64,000 nucleotides of DNA. Origin: a virus. Taxonomy: Duplodnaviria; Caudoviricetes. This document shows, piece by piece, positions 20,651 to 30,180 of this stretch; the stretch's first letter is position 1; every line of letters begins with the position of its first letter. The stretch lies in the IMG/VR virus record IMGVR_UViG_3300031994_000004, one strand, 5' to 3'. A program made the translations under genes and the position numbers. The notes under the pieces are model-generated. The model made no database searches. It was not told where the DNA came from and saw only the letters and a list, made by a program, of their open reading frames with translations.

Positions 20651-20944
20651 ATGAAGAAAATCTTTTTGATTGTTATGTTGTTCGCACTTTCTGTTTTCGC
20701 AGACGAAATGTGTGTGGTTACATTCAAGATTAAGCAGTCCACATTCACGCTGAGCATTAGTGAACATATAAAGAACGAAGCCAATAAGCAGTTCTTACAA
20801 ATTCCTGTGGATTGTGATTTCTACAATACTTTGAGCATTGGTCAGGAACTTCACAACGAATTTAAGGTTGGTTCATTCATTTTCAATGGTGATTTTTCTC
20901 GCTTGAAGATTACTGTTGAAAATAAACAGAAGGTAAAGAAGTAA
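20651..20944 (+). CDS. Secreted hypothetical protein
   Basis: Signal peptide MKKIFLIVMLFALSVFA. Confidence 0.7.
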   Translation: MKKIFLIVMLFALSVFADEMCVVTFKIKQSTFTLSISEHIKNEANKQFLQIPVDCDFYNTLSIGQELHNEFKVGSFIFNGDFSRLKITVENKQKVKK

Positions 20945-20951
20945 TTTCGGT

Positions 20952-21272
20952 ATGAACAGAAAAGAAATTCTCCAGTGTAGAGATTATCTTAAAAGTCTCG
21001 GATTGACACGTTGGAATGGGCGAGATTGGAAGTTTAATGATAAACTAATCAACCCAAGGTATAAGATTGTCTATGAATACGCTGGAGTATGGGTTATTTA
21101 CACCCGAACTGAAATAAGAAAATGGGAAGGTAAGTACGAATTGGTTACAAATTCTTGGATTGACTCTTCAGGAGATGTGGAAGATTTTAAGGAAAAAGTA
21201 AACAACGCAGTTGAAAATTACAAGAAAGCAGTACAGAAAATTAAAGAAATGAAAGCTCAAGAGGATTTTTAA
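20952..21272 (+). CDS. Hypothetical, xDF-tail family
   Basis: Ends KAQEDF. Confidence 0.7.
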   Translation: MNRKEILQCRDYLKSLGLTRWNGRDWKFNDKLINPRYKIVYEYAGVWVIYTRTEIRKWEGKYELVTNSWIDSSGDVEDFKEKVNNAVENYKKAVQKIKEMKAQEDF

Positions 21273-21545
21273 ATGCGAAAAGAAGAATTTAAAGAAGTTC
21301 TAGCTGAATTTGGTGTTCCATTTAGTTTGTATGGTGATATGACTTATCACGGGTTACATCTTGGTTATTATACTGAAGTGCTTAAAAATAACACTATTAA
21401 CATTTTCGGACATTTTACTATTGATGGTAAAGGTTATTTAGCCACAGAAAAAGCAGAATTTCGTAAGTATTTGAGTAAAGCAGTTTTGTTGGTGAAAGAC
21501 TGGGAAGTTGAAGATAAATTAGCCACAATGAAGAAGGATTTCTAA
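21273..21545 (+). CDS. Hypothetical, xDF-tail family
   Basis: Ends KLATMKKDF. Confidence 0.7.
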   Translation: MRKEEFKEVLAEFGVPFSLYGDMTYHGLHLGYYTEVLKNNTINIFGHFTIDGKGYLATEKAEFRKYLSKAVLLVKDWEVEDKLATMKKDF

Positions 21546-21871
21546 TGAACAAAGATACAAAAGTATTAGACAGATTATTTGAACAACATAATATACCATT
21601 GAGTATTGATGATTGTTCTTCTCAAAGAGATTACGAATGGTGCTATTATACTAATAACGATTTTTCTATTACTGTAGATGCCACCTATAATTATAATTCA
21701 CCAAATGAATATGAAGCCACAGTATATCTTAATAATAATGATAATGATGGCATAACAAAGACATTTAAAGAAGGCAAAGAAATGGAGCTGATTAAATTTA
21801 TCACTACTGATAAATTGGAATTGGCAGAAAATCGGAAATTGGAACAAATTAAAGAGGATTTTGATGACTAA
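21545..21871 (+). CDS. Hypothetical, xDF-tail family; has in-frame CGG at 21833
   Basis: Ends RKLEQIKEDFDD. Confidence 0.7.
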   Translation: MNKDTKVLDRLFEQHNIPLSIDDCSSQRDYEWCYYTNNDFSITVDATYNYNSPNEYEATVYLNNNDNDGITKTFKEGKEMELIKFITTDKLELAENRKLEQIKEDFDD

Positions 21872-22193
21872 AAAAGATTACATTGCACTGGTTAAAGAAT
21901 TTAATTTGACTTATGATGCTGATACTACTTCGGCATATTTTAACGAATACCCGATTTGTGGTTATAGAACAGACCGCTCCAGTTTCGGAACTAATGATTG
22001 GAGTGCGAAAAGTTTAATTATTTTTGAAAATTATACCGATAATCTTAACGAACACGGGCACTATTCTGGTGTATATCAGGACAAATTTGCTACTAAAGTA
22101 GAAGAAGCTCGTCAGTTGATTTCTAACCAAATTGTTTCTATTAAAAACAAGTACATAAATGCACGATTGGAAAAAATGGAAAAGGATTTTTGA
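21864..22193 (+). CDS. Hypothetical, xDF-tail family
   Basis: Ends RLEKMEKDF. Confidence 0.7.
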   Translation: MTKKDYIALVKEFNLTYDADTTSAYFNEYPICGYRTDRSSFGTNDWSAKSLIIFENYTDNLNEHGHYSGVYQDKFATKVEEARQLISNQIVSIKNKYINARLEKMEKDF

Positions 22194-22483
22194 TGCGAAA
22201 GAAAGAAATTTTTGACATTTGCGACCAACTGGGAATTACTTATCAAGCTCAACCAGGTTTCACAAACGAATCCTTATTCTATAAGGATTTTTATGTTGGT
22301 AGTATTGACAAGTTCGGAAACAAGTATTCTATCTATATGAGCCACGTACCTAAAGAGATTGACGAAAGTGGTTTGTTAGAAACTAAAGATAAAATTATTG
22401 CTGCATTGAATTTCAAAATCAAGTCAGTAAAAGAATATGAAACTTTGAAGCGACAAGTGGAAATGGAGAAAGATTTTGATTAA
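22193..22483 (+). CDS. Hypothetical, xDF-tail family
   Basis: Ends EMEKDFD. Confidence 0.7.
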   Translation: MRKKEIFDICDQLGITYQAQPGFTNESLFYKDFYVGSIDKFGNKYSIYMSHVPKEIDESGLLETKDKIIAALNFKIKSVKEYETLKRQVEMEKDFD

Positions 22484-22859
22484 GCAACTAGAACAAATTA
22501 AACAAATTGCGACTGAACTCGGGGTCATTTTTGAAGATGATGCTAAGGGTTGTCAGTGTGCAGTAAAAATTCCGTCTGCATATTATGTGACCAGTGGTGA
22601 TTATATTGAAGACCCAAGCACAATTTATATTTTTCGTTATGACGAAAAACGAATTACAGATTGTATGTGCTTCAATAAACTAATTTTTGATACTGATAAT
22701 GATGGAAAACTTATTTGGGTCGGAAAAGATAATTATGACCAGTCAATAAAAATACCTGATTATAAAGCAATTAAACAAACATTAACTAAGTGCCGTAAAG
22801 ATTTGAAAGAAAAAGAAGAAGAACTTAAAATCAAAAACTTAGAAAAGGATTTCAAATGA
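22476..22859 (+). CDS. Hypothetical, xDF-tail family
   Basis: Ends KIKNLEKDFK. Confidence 0.7.
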   Translation: MIKQLEQIKQIATELGVIFEDDAKGCQCAVKIPSAYYVTSGDYIEDPSTIYIFRYDEKRITDCMCFNKLIFDTDNDGKLIWVGKDNYDQSIKIPDYKAIKQTLTKCRKDLKEKEEELKIKNLEKDFK

Positions 22860-23314
22860 TACTCGTTTTAACCTTAGCATTTTGTGGTTTTGTAATTATT
22901 ATAGCAGCCATTCTTGCCCTAAAAGGAATGATGAAGGTTAATGATTATAAAGTTAAGCCTTATGACAATACAATTTATCCAGATCAAGCAGTTGAAATTG
23001 CTAAAAAATTAGCTGCATACAAAACAAATTTCACACGTTTTACTGATCCTGAACAAATTGCTACAAATGAAATTGAATTTATAGATACGAAAAATGTTGT
23101 GATTTTGAAAGTTTCTAAGGTATCGTGTTATAGTGATATAACTGGAATTAAGAACCATCAGGGCTATCTGTATTCCATAGTAAAAGATTATGTTGTACTT
23201 AAAAATTATACTTCGCTTGACGAATGTATTAGAGATTACCAGCAAAATTATTGTTTGTTTGTAAAGAAAATCAAAATTGCAGACAGACTTAAAAGTTTAC
23301 AAGAGGATTTCTAA
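22856..23314 (+). CDS. Membrane-anchored hypothetical, xDF-tail family
   Basis: N-terminal TM helix; ends RLKSLQEDF. Confidence 0.7.
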   Translation: MILVLTLAFCGFVIIIAAILALKGMMKVNDYKVKPYDNTIYPDQAVEIAKKLAAYKTNFTRFTDPEQIATNEIEFIDTKNVVILKVSKVSCYSDITGIKNHQGYLYSIVKDYVVLKNYTSLDECIRDYQQNYCLFVKKIKIADRLKSLQEDF

Positions 23315-23886
23315 TGAACAAAAGATATGAACAAATGGTAAAGTTCAATATGACAATGGTTCGCTATTACGCAGATAAGTGTGGAACTATTGGTCTGTTT
23401 GATAAGTATGATGGTAATTTTAAACCATTAGATTTAAGTAAGTCTGATTTAAACTTATGGAAAGAAATTGCTGCGTTTAGTGGTAATAATGAGTATGAAA
23501 CTTTTCGTATTGTACCAGAACAATATGCGAATGAAAACTTTTATTATTCAGCAAATAAACATGTAAAATATAAAACTCCAATTTTGATTTTCAAACGAAT
23601 TAACAATGATAACTGCGATTGGTTAATGTTAATGCAGATTACCAAACCAGCTTTACTTTGCCAATATATAGATGGTGTAAAATATGCTTATGGATTGTCT
23701 GCTCATGGAACTCCATTTAAACTTGGTGTAATGAACACTAGAGATGATTTTGATTGTTTCAAACGCAGATATACAGAAATGGAAAAACAAGCAGAAAACA
23801 ATGATAAAGAACTTGAACGATACAAGTTACTCAAAAAGAAATATGAAGAAAAAATTAGACTGAGAAGACTTGAAGATGACTTTTGA
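23314..23886 (+). CDS. Hypothetical, xDF-tail family
   Basis: Ends RLRRLEDDF. Confidence 0.7.
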   Translation: MNKRYEQMVKFNMTMVRYYADKCGTIGLFDKYDGNFKPLDLSKSDLNLWKEIAAFSGNNEYETFRIVPEQYANENFYYSANKHVKYKTPILIFKRINNDNCDWLMLMQITKPALLCQYIDGVKYAYGLSAHGTPFKLGVMNTRDDFDCFKRRYTEMEKQAENNDKELERYKLLKKKYEEKIRLRRLEDDF

Positions 23887-24160
23887 ACAATACCACAATT
23901 TGATTGACAAATACGGAATTGAAGTAGACGCAGATTTGTATCTGTGTTATAGAAATTATTTGCTGGGTAGAATTGAAACTGACACAACTTATGAAGACCC
24001 AAATCGTAATGTTACTTTTATTACTTATGATAACAATGGAAAACCAATGCGTATATTAAATCCTATCGCAATAGATAATTTGTTAAAACACAGAACATTG
24101 GAAATTAAGAAGCAAAATGTAAAAGATAAAATAAATAAACTGAATGAGGACTTTGTATGA
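23876..24160 (+). CDS. Hypothetical, xDF-tail family
   Basis: Ends KINKLNEDFV. Confidence 0.7.
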   Translation: MTFEQYHNLIDKYGIEVDADLYLCYRNYLLGRIETDTTYEDPNRNVTFITYDNNGKPMRILNPIAIDNLLKHRTLEIKKQNVKDKINKLNEDFV

Positions 24161-24447
24161 ATGGTGTTGAATTTGAAAAATTTTATAAAAAATACAATTT
24201 GAAAATTGATCTGTTTGATTATGATTATAACAATGGTGACACCAATTTGCTTTATAAGTCTGTTCCAGTTTGTAAGTATTTCAAAAATTCTATGACTGGC
24301 GAACGATACATCAGATTTCCAGGTAAAGTGTGGCCTGTAGATGATTTTGATAAAGCATGTGATTGGTTTGAAAAGCATTGTATTATTAAAACAAAAGAGA
24401 TTGATGCTTTTCATAAATTAAAAGAAATGAAAAAGGATTTTGAATGA
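24157..24447 (+). CDS. Hypothetical, xDF-tail family
   Basis: Ends KLKEMKKDFE. Confidence 0.7.
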   Translation: MNGVEFEKFYKKYNLKIDLFDYDYNNGDTNLLYKSVPVCKYFKNSMTGERYIRFPGKVWPVDDFDKACDWFEKHCIIKTKEIDAFHKLKEMKKDFE

Positions 24448-24848
24448 CACAAGCAGAACTTGTAACATTATGTAAATCACTTGGTTTCAATGGTGAACCA
24501 GGCAGATGTGTAAAAGGTTCTTATTATGCGAATTTGAACCCTGAAAAATATACAGGTCCGACACTGATTTATCAACCAGTTGATGACCCAAATGTTTATA
24601 TTTGTCCTAGAGTTCATATTATGAAAAAACCACACTTTTTTGCTGGTGTTCATAAAATATATGCTTATGAAGGAGTTAATAGGCCACATTCGTCAGAAAC
24701 ATATTCAATGAAAGAAAGATACCCAAAATATAGTTTGAATGATGACGAACAAATTAAAAAGGCTCTGGTTGATTTACAGAAACAATGGAAAGACGAACTG
24801 AATAAAATCAGAGAAGAAGAAATAAAAGGAGACTTTAATGACACTTAA
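24444..24848 (+). CDS. Hypothetical, xDF-tail family (paralog of next gene)
   Basis: Shares LGF.G..G.C and GPT.IY with 24838; ends IKGDFNDT. Confidence 0.75.
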   Translation: MTQAELVTLCKSLGFNGEPGRCVKGSYYANLNPEKYTGPTLIYQPVDDPNVYICPRVHIMKKPHFFAGVHKIYAYEGVNRPHSSETYSMKERYPKYSLNDDEQIKKALVDLQKQWKDELNKIREEEIKGDFNDT

Positions 24849-25224
24849 AGAACTTGAAGAATTCTGTAATGGATTGGGTTTTGATGGCAAAATCGGTCAA
24901 TGCTGTGGTATTGAAAATGCTCTGTACTGTGATTTGGGAAATGACTATGACGGACCAACTGTAATCTATGCTCCGCCTGGTAATGAATATGTTTATATCG
25001 CAGAAGATTTGATAATGAAATTGAGTAAAGATAAGCATTACAAGTATGAATATGTAACTAATGACGGCGATTGTGGATATGAAGATGATATGACAATTAT
25101 CTATCATCAATACAAATTAAAAGATACTGAAGCAGTTCAAAAAGCAATTTATGCTTTGAAACAAGAATGGAAAGAATGTTTAACCAAAATACGAATAAGG
25201 AAAGCAAAAAGTGACTTCCGCTGA
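24838..25224 (+). CDS. Hypothetical, xDF-tail family
   Basis: Ends KAKSDFR. Confidence 0.75.
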   Translation: MTLKELEEFCNGLGFDGKIGQCCGIENALYCDLGNDYDGPTVIYAPPGNEYVYIAEDLIMKLSKDKHYKYEYVTNDGDCGYEDDMTIIYHQYKLKDTEAVQKAIYALKQEWKECLTKIRIRKAKSDFR

Positions 25225-25489
25225 ATTTAAAAAGATTTTAAAGAAATATAATTTAGCAAACAAAGATGCCTCGGATAAGGAAATTGAGTATGTTTATAGA
25301 ACATGGTCAGTTAAAACTTTTTGCACAGATATAAATTCTAAACATTTGACCTTCACTAGAGATAATGATTTACATTTGTATTCTATGACACAAGACGAAT
25401 TTATAAACCTGTTGAACATGAATATGGAACTGCTTAAGTATTATAAATGTGAACAAAAAATTATAAAGATGAATGAAGATTTTATATGA
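25211..25489 (+). CDS. Hypothetical, xDF-tail family
   Basis: Ends KMNEDFI. Confidence 0.7.
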   Translation: MTSAEFKKILKKYNLANKDASDKEIEYVYRTWSVKTFCTDINSKHLTFTRDNDLHLYSMTQDEFINLLNMNMELLKYYKCEQKIIKMNEDFI

Positions 25490-25821
25490 GTGTAGTTCAA
25501 AGATACATTGACCCGAACATATTAGCTTATCTAAAAGCGAACTGCCGCTTTGTGTCAGCATTCGGCGAAACTTATTATTGGAAAAGATTTAACCATTTTA
25601 ATCTATTTTTGAATCTGTTTGAAAAATTGGATATAGTCAGTCATGAAAGGGGTCTGGACGGAAAACCACTTAACATAGGCGCAGATGAATTACTTTGTAA
25701 ATATAAGTTTTGGTATCAACTTAATTATGACGAATTCCTTAAAATGATTAGCGAAGTAGAACTTTTTGATAAAGAACTAAGTTTAGTTGAAAAATATAAA
25801 TCCATTGAGCAGGATTTTTAG
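25486..25821 (+). CDS. Hypothetical, xDF-tail family
   Basis: Ends SIEQDF. Confidence 0.7.
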   Translation: MSVVQRYIDPNILAYLKANCRFVSAFGETYYWKRFNHFNLFLNLFEKLDIVSHERGLDGKPLNIGADELLCKYKFWYQLNYDEFLKMISEVELFDKELSLVEKYKSIEQDF

Positions 25822-25857
25822 TATTGTTTTTTGACAGGATTTTTCTAAATTAAAAAT

Positions 25858-26115
25858 ATGTATTGTAACTTTCCACGAAAAACTTTTGCCAATTATTACC
25901 ATAATTTCATTGAACATGGTAATCACTATGCTATTTTCTTTAAGGACACAGACACTTATGCTATTTCTATGAAATCAGAACGAATTTATAATTATTGTGG
26001 ATATCCTGTTTTAAGAGTTATTGACTTGAATGAATTGGATAAACAAGACCCTGATTTTGTGTGGAAAGTTTTTGAACAAACTTTGAAAGAACTTGATGTT
26101 TCGGAGGATTTCTAA
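25858..26115 (+). CDS. Hypothetical, xDF-tail family
   Basis: Ends DVSEDF. Confidence 0.65.
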   Translation: MYCNFPRKTFANYYHNFIEHGNHYAIFFKDTDTYAISMKSERIYNYCGYPVLRVIDLNELDKQDPDFVWKVFEQTLKELDVSEDF

Positions 26116-26586
26116 ATGCTAATTGGACTTATTAAATACAAATTAGCCAAACGCAAAGTCATTAAAAATATGGAATTCTATGTAGATGTTGAAGATACTT
26201 ATCTGACAAACATTTTTAATCACTACTTAGATTATTTTGAATTCATTAAAGATATGGTTATGAAGCGTTATGAGTTAATGGTCGGTTATGGAAAAGAAGA
26301 TTACTTTATTGACGATAGCAGATGGTATATTGAAGAACTGAATAAAACCAAAAGAGAAATTGAAGAGGTTTTCAAAAACGAACGATTTAATGTACAGCTC
26401 GTAAAGGCTATGAATAATAAAGGTCTTTTTACAGATTACAGAAAAGGACAGGCTGAAAACATTATTGACAATTTTTACAAAGCTAAAGAGATATACGAAA
26501 CTCGTTACCAAACATTCTCTCCTGAATTGCTGGTAAAAGAATACAAGATTAAACAGAAACTAAAAAGATTACAAGGAGACTTCTAA
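26116..26586 (+). CDS. Hypothetical, xDF-tail family
   Basis: Ends KLKRLQGDF. Confidence 0.7.
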   Translation: MLIGLIKYKLAKRKVIKNMEFYVDVEDTYLTNIFNHYLDYFEFIKDMVMKRYELMVGYGKEDYFIDDSRWYIEELNKTKREIEEVFKNERFNVQLVKAMNNKGLFTDYRKGQAENIIDNFYKAKEIYETRYQTFSPELLVKEYKIKQKLKRLQGDF

Positions 26587-26867
26587 TGTACGAAGAATAC
26601 GAATTTACAGAACAGTTTATGCATAATTTGATGCATGACATTGAGAGATATGTTGAAGCAAATCGTAATCACATTAAAGGCCTTGAAGGTAAAGTTGATT
26701 TTTTGGAAGACCGAATAATTACTTTGGAAAAGCAACACGAACAACAACAACTGTTGGTTGAAATACTTAGAAAAGAAAATGAAGCTCTCAAAGCCTATAT
26801 TAAATCTGGTGAAAAGATTATCAAACTTGAAAAGGATTTTACTGATGACAAGGTTGGAAGCGTTTGA
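26586..26867 (+). CDS. Coiled-coil hypothetical, xDF-tail family
   Basis: KLEKDF near C-terminus. Confidence 0.65.
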   Translation: MYEEYEFTEQFMHNLMHDIERYVEANRNHIKGLEGKVDFLEDRIITLEKQHEQQQLLVEILRKENEALKAYIKSGEKIIKLEKDFTDDKVGSV

Positions 26868-27156
26868 GAAACTAGCCAAAAATAATGGACTGATGGTGAC
26901 TGTAGATTTTAATCTTCACAGAGCTTGGTTCAATAATAAAGATTACATAATGAGCATAAACACAAGAAAAGAATTCCAAACTTTAGAAGTTGCATCTAAA
27001 GTATTGGGTAGAAAGTTTATGTTGTTCAAACAGTATGTGTACATTGGGCCGAAACTCTATAAGCAATTAGACAAACAAATTAAACAACTAATTGGCGATT
27101 TTAAAGCAGCCCTGGTGGAAGAAAAACTGGAGAATATGGGAAATGACTTTAAATGA
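26845..27156 (+). CDS. Hypothetical, xDF-tail family
   Basis: Ends KLENMGNDFK. Confidence 0.7.
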   Translation: MTRLEAFEKLAKNNGLMVTVDFNLHRAWFNNKDYIMSINTRKEFQTLEVASKVLGRKFMLFKQYVYIGPKLYKQLDKQIKQLIGDFKAALVEEKLENMGNDFK

Positions 27157-27460
27157 TTTTATGGAAGTCTGTGAGAAAAACAATTTACAAGCAGAAGAAT
27201 ACAGTAAAAATTGGTATATTGCAAACATAAAATCAAAGTTTATAAATGCAACTTGGATAATTTGTTATTGTACTACCGACGAAAAAACTGTACTACCGAA
27301 AGACATTTGTACTGATGGTAAAACAATTACTTATGCCGGAAATGTTTTATACAATGAAACTGATTTCAAATGTAAGCTTGAAATTGTTAGAGAATTAGTT
27401 AAACTCTGTAAACAAAGAGAAGTTGAAAATAAACTGGAGAATTTGAAAAATGACTTTTGA
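27143..27460 (+). CDS. Hypothetical, xDF-tail family
   Basis: Ends KLENLKNDF. Confidence 0.7.
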   Translation: MTLNDFMEVCEKNNLQAEEYSKNWYIANIKSKFINATWIICYCTTDEKTVLPKDICTDGKTITYAGNVLYNETDFKCKLEIVRELVKLCKQREVENKLENLKNDF

Positions 27461-28031
27461 TTGCGATGATATGGTTAGAATTTGTGATAAAATCACAGAC
27501 AAGTGTGGTGTACCTTGGGTTGAACAGGTTCTTCGCTTAACAGATGATAATTATATGCCGCTGATTAACTGGGGTAAGTCACCTTGTAGAGGTCGTGGTC
27601 TTTCGTATGGTTTCTATAACAATGCTTCACCTAATAATCAAGCCGAGTGGATTCATAATAAAACTTACAATGTTGTTATGAACTTTGCTTTTAATACTCT
27701 GGTTGATTTAGACATTGACAAAGACGGAATTTACTACTACGAAAATCTTGAAGTTGACATAAACAACGAATGGAAAAATAATAAAGATTATTGGGATGGA
27801 ACTGCTTGTATTGTTGGTGAATACACTTTCAAGCCATTTTCGTTTTTCAAAACAGAAGACCAACTGGTTGCGTTCGCAGCCGCAAAGTACAATTATTTGA
27901 ATAATAAATATATGGCTCTGCTTAATGAATTGAATGATAAGACAGCTAAAACCTGGAAGAACTTAATCATCAAAAAGAAGCAGAAAAAAGCGAAAGCCAA
28001 AATAAGAAATTTACAGGAAGATTTTGAATGA
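27450..28031 (+). CDS. Hypothetical, xDF-tail family
   Basis: Ends KIRNLQEDFE. Confidence 0.7.
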   Translation: MTFDCDDMVRICDKITDKCGVPWVEQVLRLTDDNYMPLINWGKSPCRGRGLSYGFYNNASPNNQAEWIHNKTYNVVMNFAFNTLVDLDIDKDGIYYYENLEVDINNEWKNNKDYWDGTACIVGEYTFKPFSFFKTEDQLVAFAAAKYNYLNNKYMALLNELNDKTAKTWKNLIIKKKQKKAKAKIRNLQEDFE

Positions 28032-28420
28032 TTACAAGAGAAGAAATTATAGAAGTTTGTAATAATTTGGGTTTGATAGAATACACCTCTCCTGATTTAG
28101 AAGATTATAGACCTTGGAGATTTCCAAATAGCATTTTTAAAACTCAAACTTCCGCTACGATTGTAGTTTTAGCAAAAGATCCTGACGATAAAGTAACTGG
28201 ACATAGACTGTATTTTTACGATAGATTAAACAGTAAAGGAGATGGATTTACTATGAATTGTGAGGATAATGTTTGTGCTTATTGTACAAAAGATGGTAAA
28301 AATTATGCTGAAATATACAATAAGAAAACATTTGAAACTGCCATTAAAAATATAATCAAGAAAATAAAAACTGCTGAAGTGAATCTGAAACTAAAAAATA
28401 TAAAGAAAGATTTTAAATAA
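28028..28420 (+). CDS. Hypothetical, xDF-tail family
   Basis: Ends KLKNIKKDFK. Confidence 0.7.
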   Translation: MITREEIIEVCNNLGLIEYTSPDLEDYRPWRFPNSIFKTQTSATIVVLAKDPDDKVTGHRLYFYDRLNSKGDGFTMNCEDNVCAYCTKDGKNYAEIYNKKTFETAIKNIIKKIKTAEVNLKLKNIKKDFK

Positions 28421-28436
28421 TAAATAGAATACAATT

Positions 28437-28724
28437 ATGATTGAAACAGTTTGTTGGCTATTCGGCATTATTGGTGCCGGAGCATTTGCTATAAACCTTT
28501 TTCCGCAGCTTATTAAATGTTATAAAGAAAAATCTGCTAAACAAATTTCCGTAGGATTTATTATCCTGGCTTTTGTTGGAAATTTGTGTTCGGCAGTTTT
28601 TGTGTTTTATACAAATTATAAAACTGGTTTATGGCAAATCCCTATCTATTTCAATTATGGAATTGCTACTTTATTAACAATTATTTTGACGATTATGAAG
28701 GTTAAGTATGACAAAGATAAATAG
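28437..28724 (+). CDS. PQ-loop / SemiSWEET-like small transporter
   Basis: Three TM helices, LFPQLIKCYKEKSAKQIS. Confidence 0.8.
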   Translation: MIETVCWLFGIIGAGAFAINLFPQLIKCYKEKSAKQISVGFIILAFVGNLCSAVFVFYTNYKTGLWQIPIYFNYGIATLLTIILTIMKVKYDKDK

Positions 28725-29863
28725 ATTTCTTAACATTTTAATTCCACGGAATCTTCTTGCCGACATGTCTTGGCACAGTTTATAACTATTCCCAATATGC
28801 TAAAAACATAATGGAATGGTTTGATATAAGTAAATTTTCAACTGACATTGGTTTTACTTTAATCATTTTCTTCCTGGGTATGGGTGCTGCCACTTTTGGT
28901 AGAATGGTAGAACTTAACCCTAAACGAATGGCTTGTATCAGTACCATATTGTTCTTTATTGGTATGATACTTGTTTTCTGTTCGCTCCAATTCCACTTGT
29001 TACCACTGTATTATGTTGGTTGTTCCTTTATGGGTTGTGGTACAGGTATTGGTTATGTTTCACCGATTAAGCAACTGCTCAGTAATTTCGCAGATCATAA
29101 GGGGTTAGCATCTGGTCTGGCTATTACTGGTTTTGGATTGGGTAAGTTCGTTGCCGCTCCAGCCATTGAGTATTTGCTTACGGCTGTATCTCTACCTACC
29201 ATGTTCCTTGTCCTTGCTGGGGCATTCCTGCTCATTATGACTGTATGTTCGTGGTTGTTTAGACCAAATCCAGCGTTCATTTCTACTGTCTATACTGCTA
29301 TCCCTATTAAGACCCTAGTTAAGTACACATTCCTAACAAAGCAATATATTTCTGTATGGTTAATGTTCTGTATTAACATATCCTGTGGTTTGGCAATTAT
29401 TTCACAGGAGAAAGGATTGCTTACAGGACTTGGTTTTAAAGAAATCGCAACAATTATGAGTTTGACTGCCGTATTCAACATTCTCGGTAGATTTGGTATG
29501 AGTACTGCGTCAGACCATATCGGAAGAAAAGCTGCATATCATTGGGTTTGTAGTTTAGGTATTCTCGCATCATTTATGATTTTCACAGGTTATTCCTGGT
29601 TAGCATTACTTGGTATTCTTTTGGTTGAATTTGCTTATGGCGGAAACTTCAGTTGTTTACCAAGTTTGTTAGCAAAACGATTTGGCGATACTTGTGTATC
29701 AACGGTACACGCAATGACTTTGAGTGGCTGGGGTATAGCAGGTATTATTGGTCCAGTACTCGCAAATACTTTCACTGGTTCTAATTTGTATTTAGTTATG
29801 GGTGGATTGTATTTGTTCGGTTTCTTAATGATGACTATTTTTGTCAAGAAGGACTCGCAGTGA
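28708..29863 (+). CDS. MFS transporter (oxalate:formate antiporter, OFA family); requires +1 shift at CGG 28747
   Basis: MTKINRFLNILIP-G-IFLPTCLGTVYNYS restores TM1; GIGYVSP, KGLASGLAITGFGLG, FNILGR, YGGNFS. Confidence 0.85.
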
Positions 29864-29894
29864 TAAGTTTGGTTTAAAACCATTTCATTCTATG

Positions 29895-29930
29895 TGGGTA
29901 TTGACAAACTCAATACCCATTTTTATATTA
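29895..29930 (+). promoter_or_regulatory. Stem-loop with embedded early promoter
   Basis: tgggtattgacaaactcaatacccatttttatatt. Confidence 0.7.
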
Positions 29931-29949
29931 TAACTAAGGAGATTAAACT

Positions 29950-30177
29950 ATGAATAATTACCTTATCATAACTACTAAAGATTCAACTGGAACATTCATT
30001 GACTACATTAAATTGAAGTATGTAGAAAGTTTCTCAATTTCAGGTGATGGAGAACGAATGATTGTTAATATGAGAAGTGGCAGACAACATTATATCAGTA
30101 AGAAATTCTCTACTTGCGAACAAAATAAACAGACAGTTTCTTGGGAAGAACTTCCTCGTATCATTTGTAATGGGTAA
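29950..30177 (+). CDS. Hypothetical protein
   Basis: AAGGAG SD after promoter. Confidence 0.7.
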   Translation: MNNYLIITTKDSTGTFIDYIKLKYVESFSISGDGERMIVNMRSGRQHYISKKFSTCEQNKQTVSWEELPRIICNG

Positions 30178-30180
30178 ATT

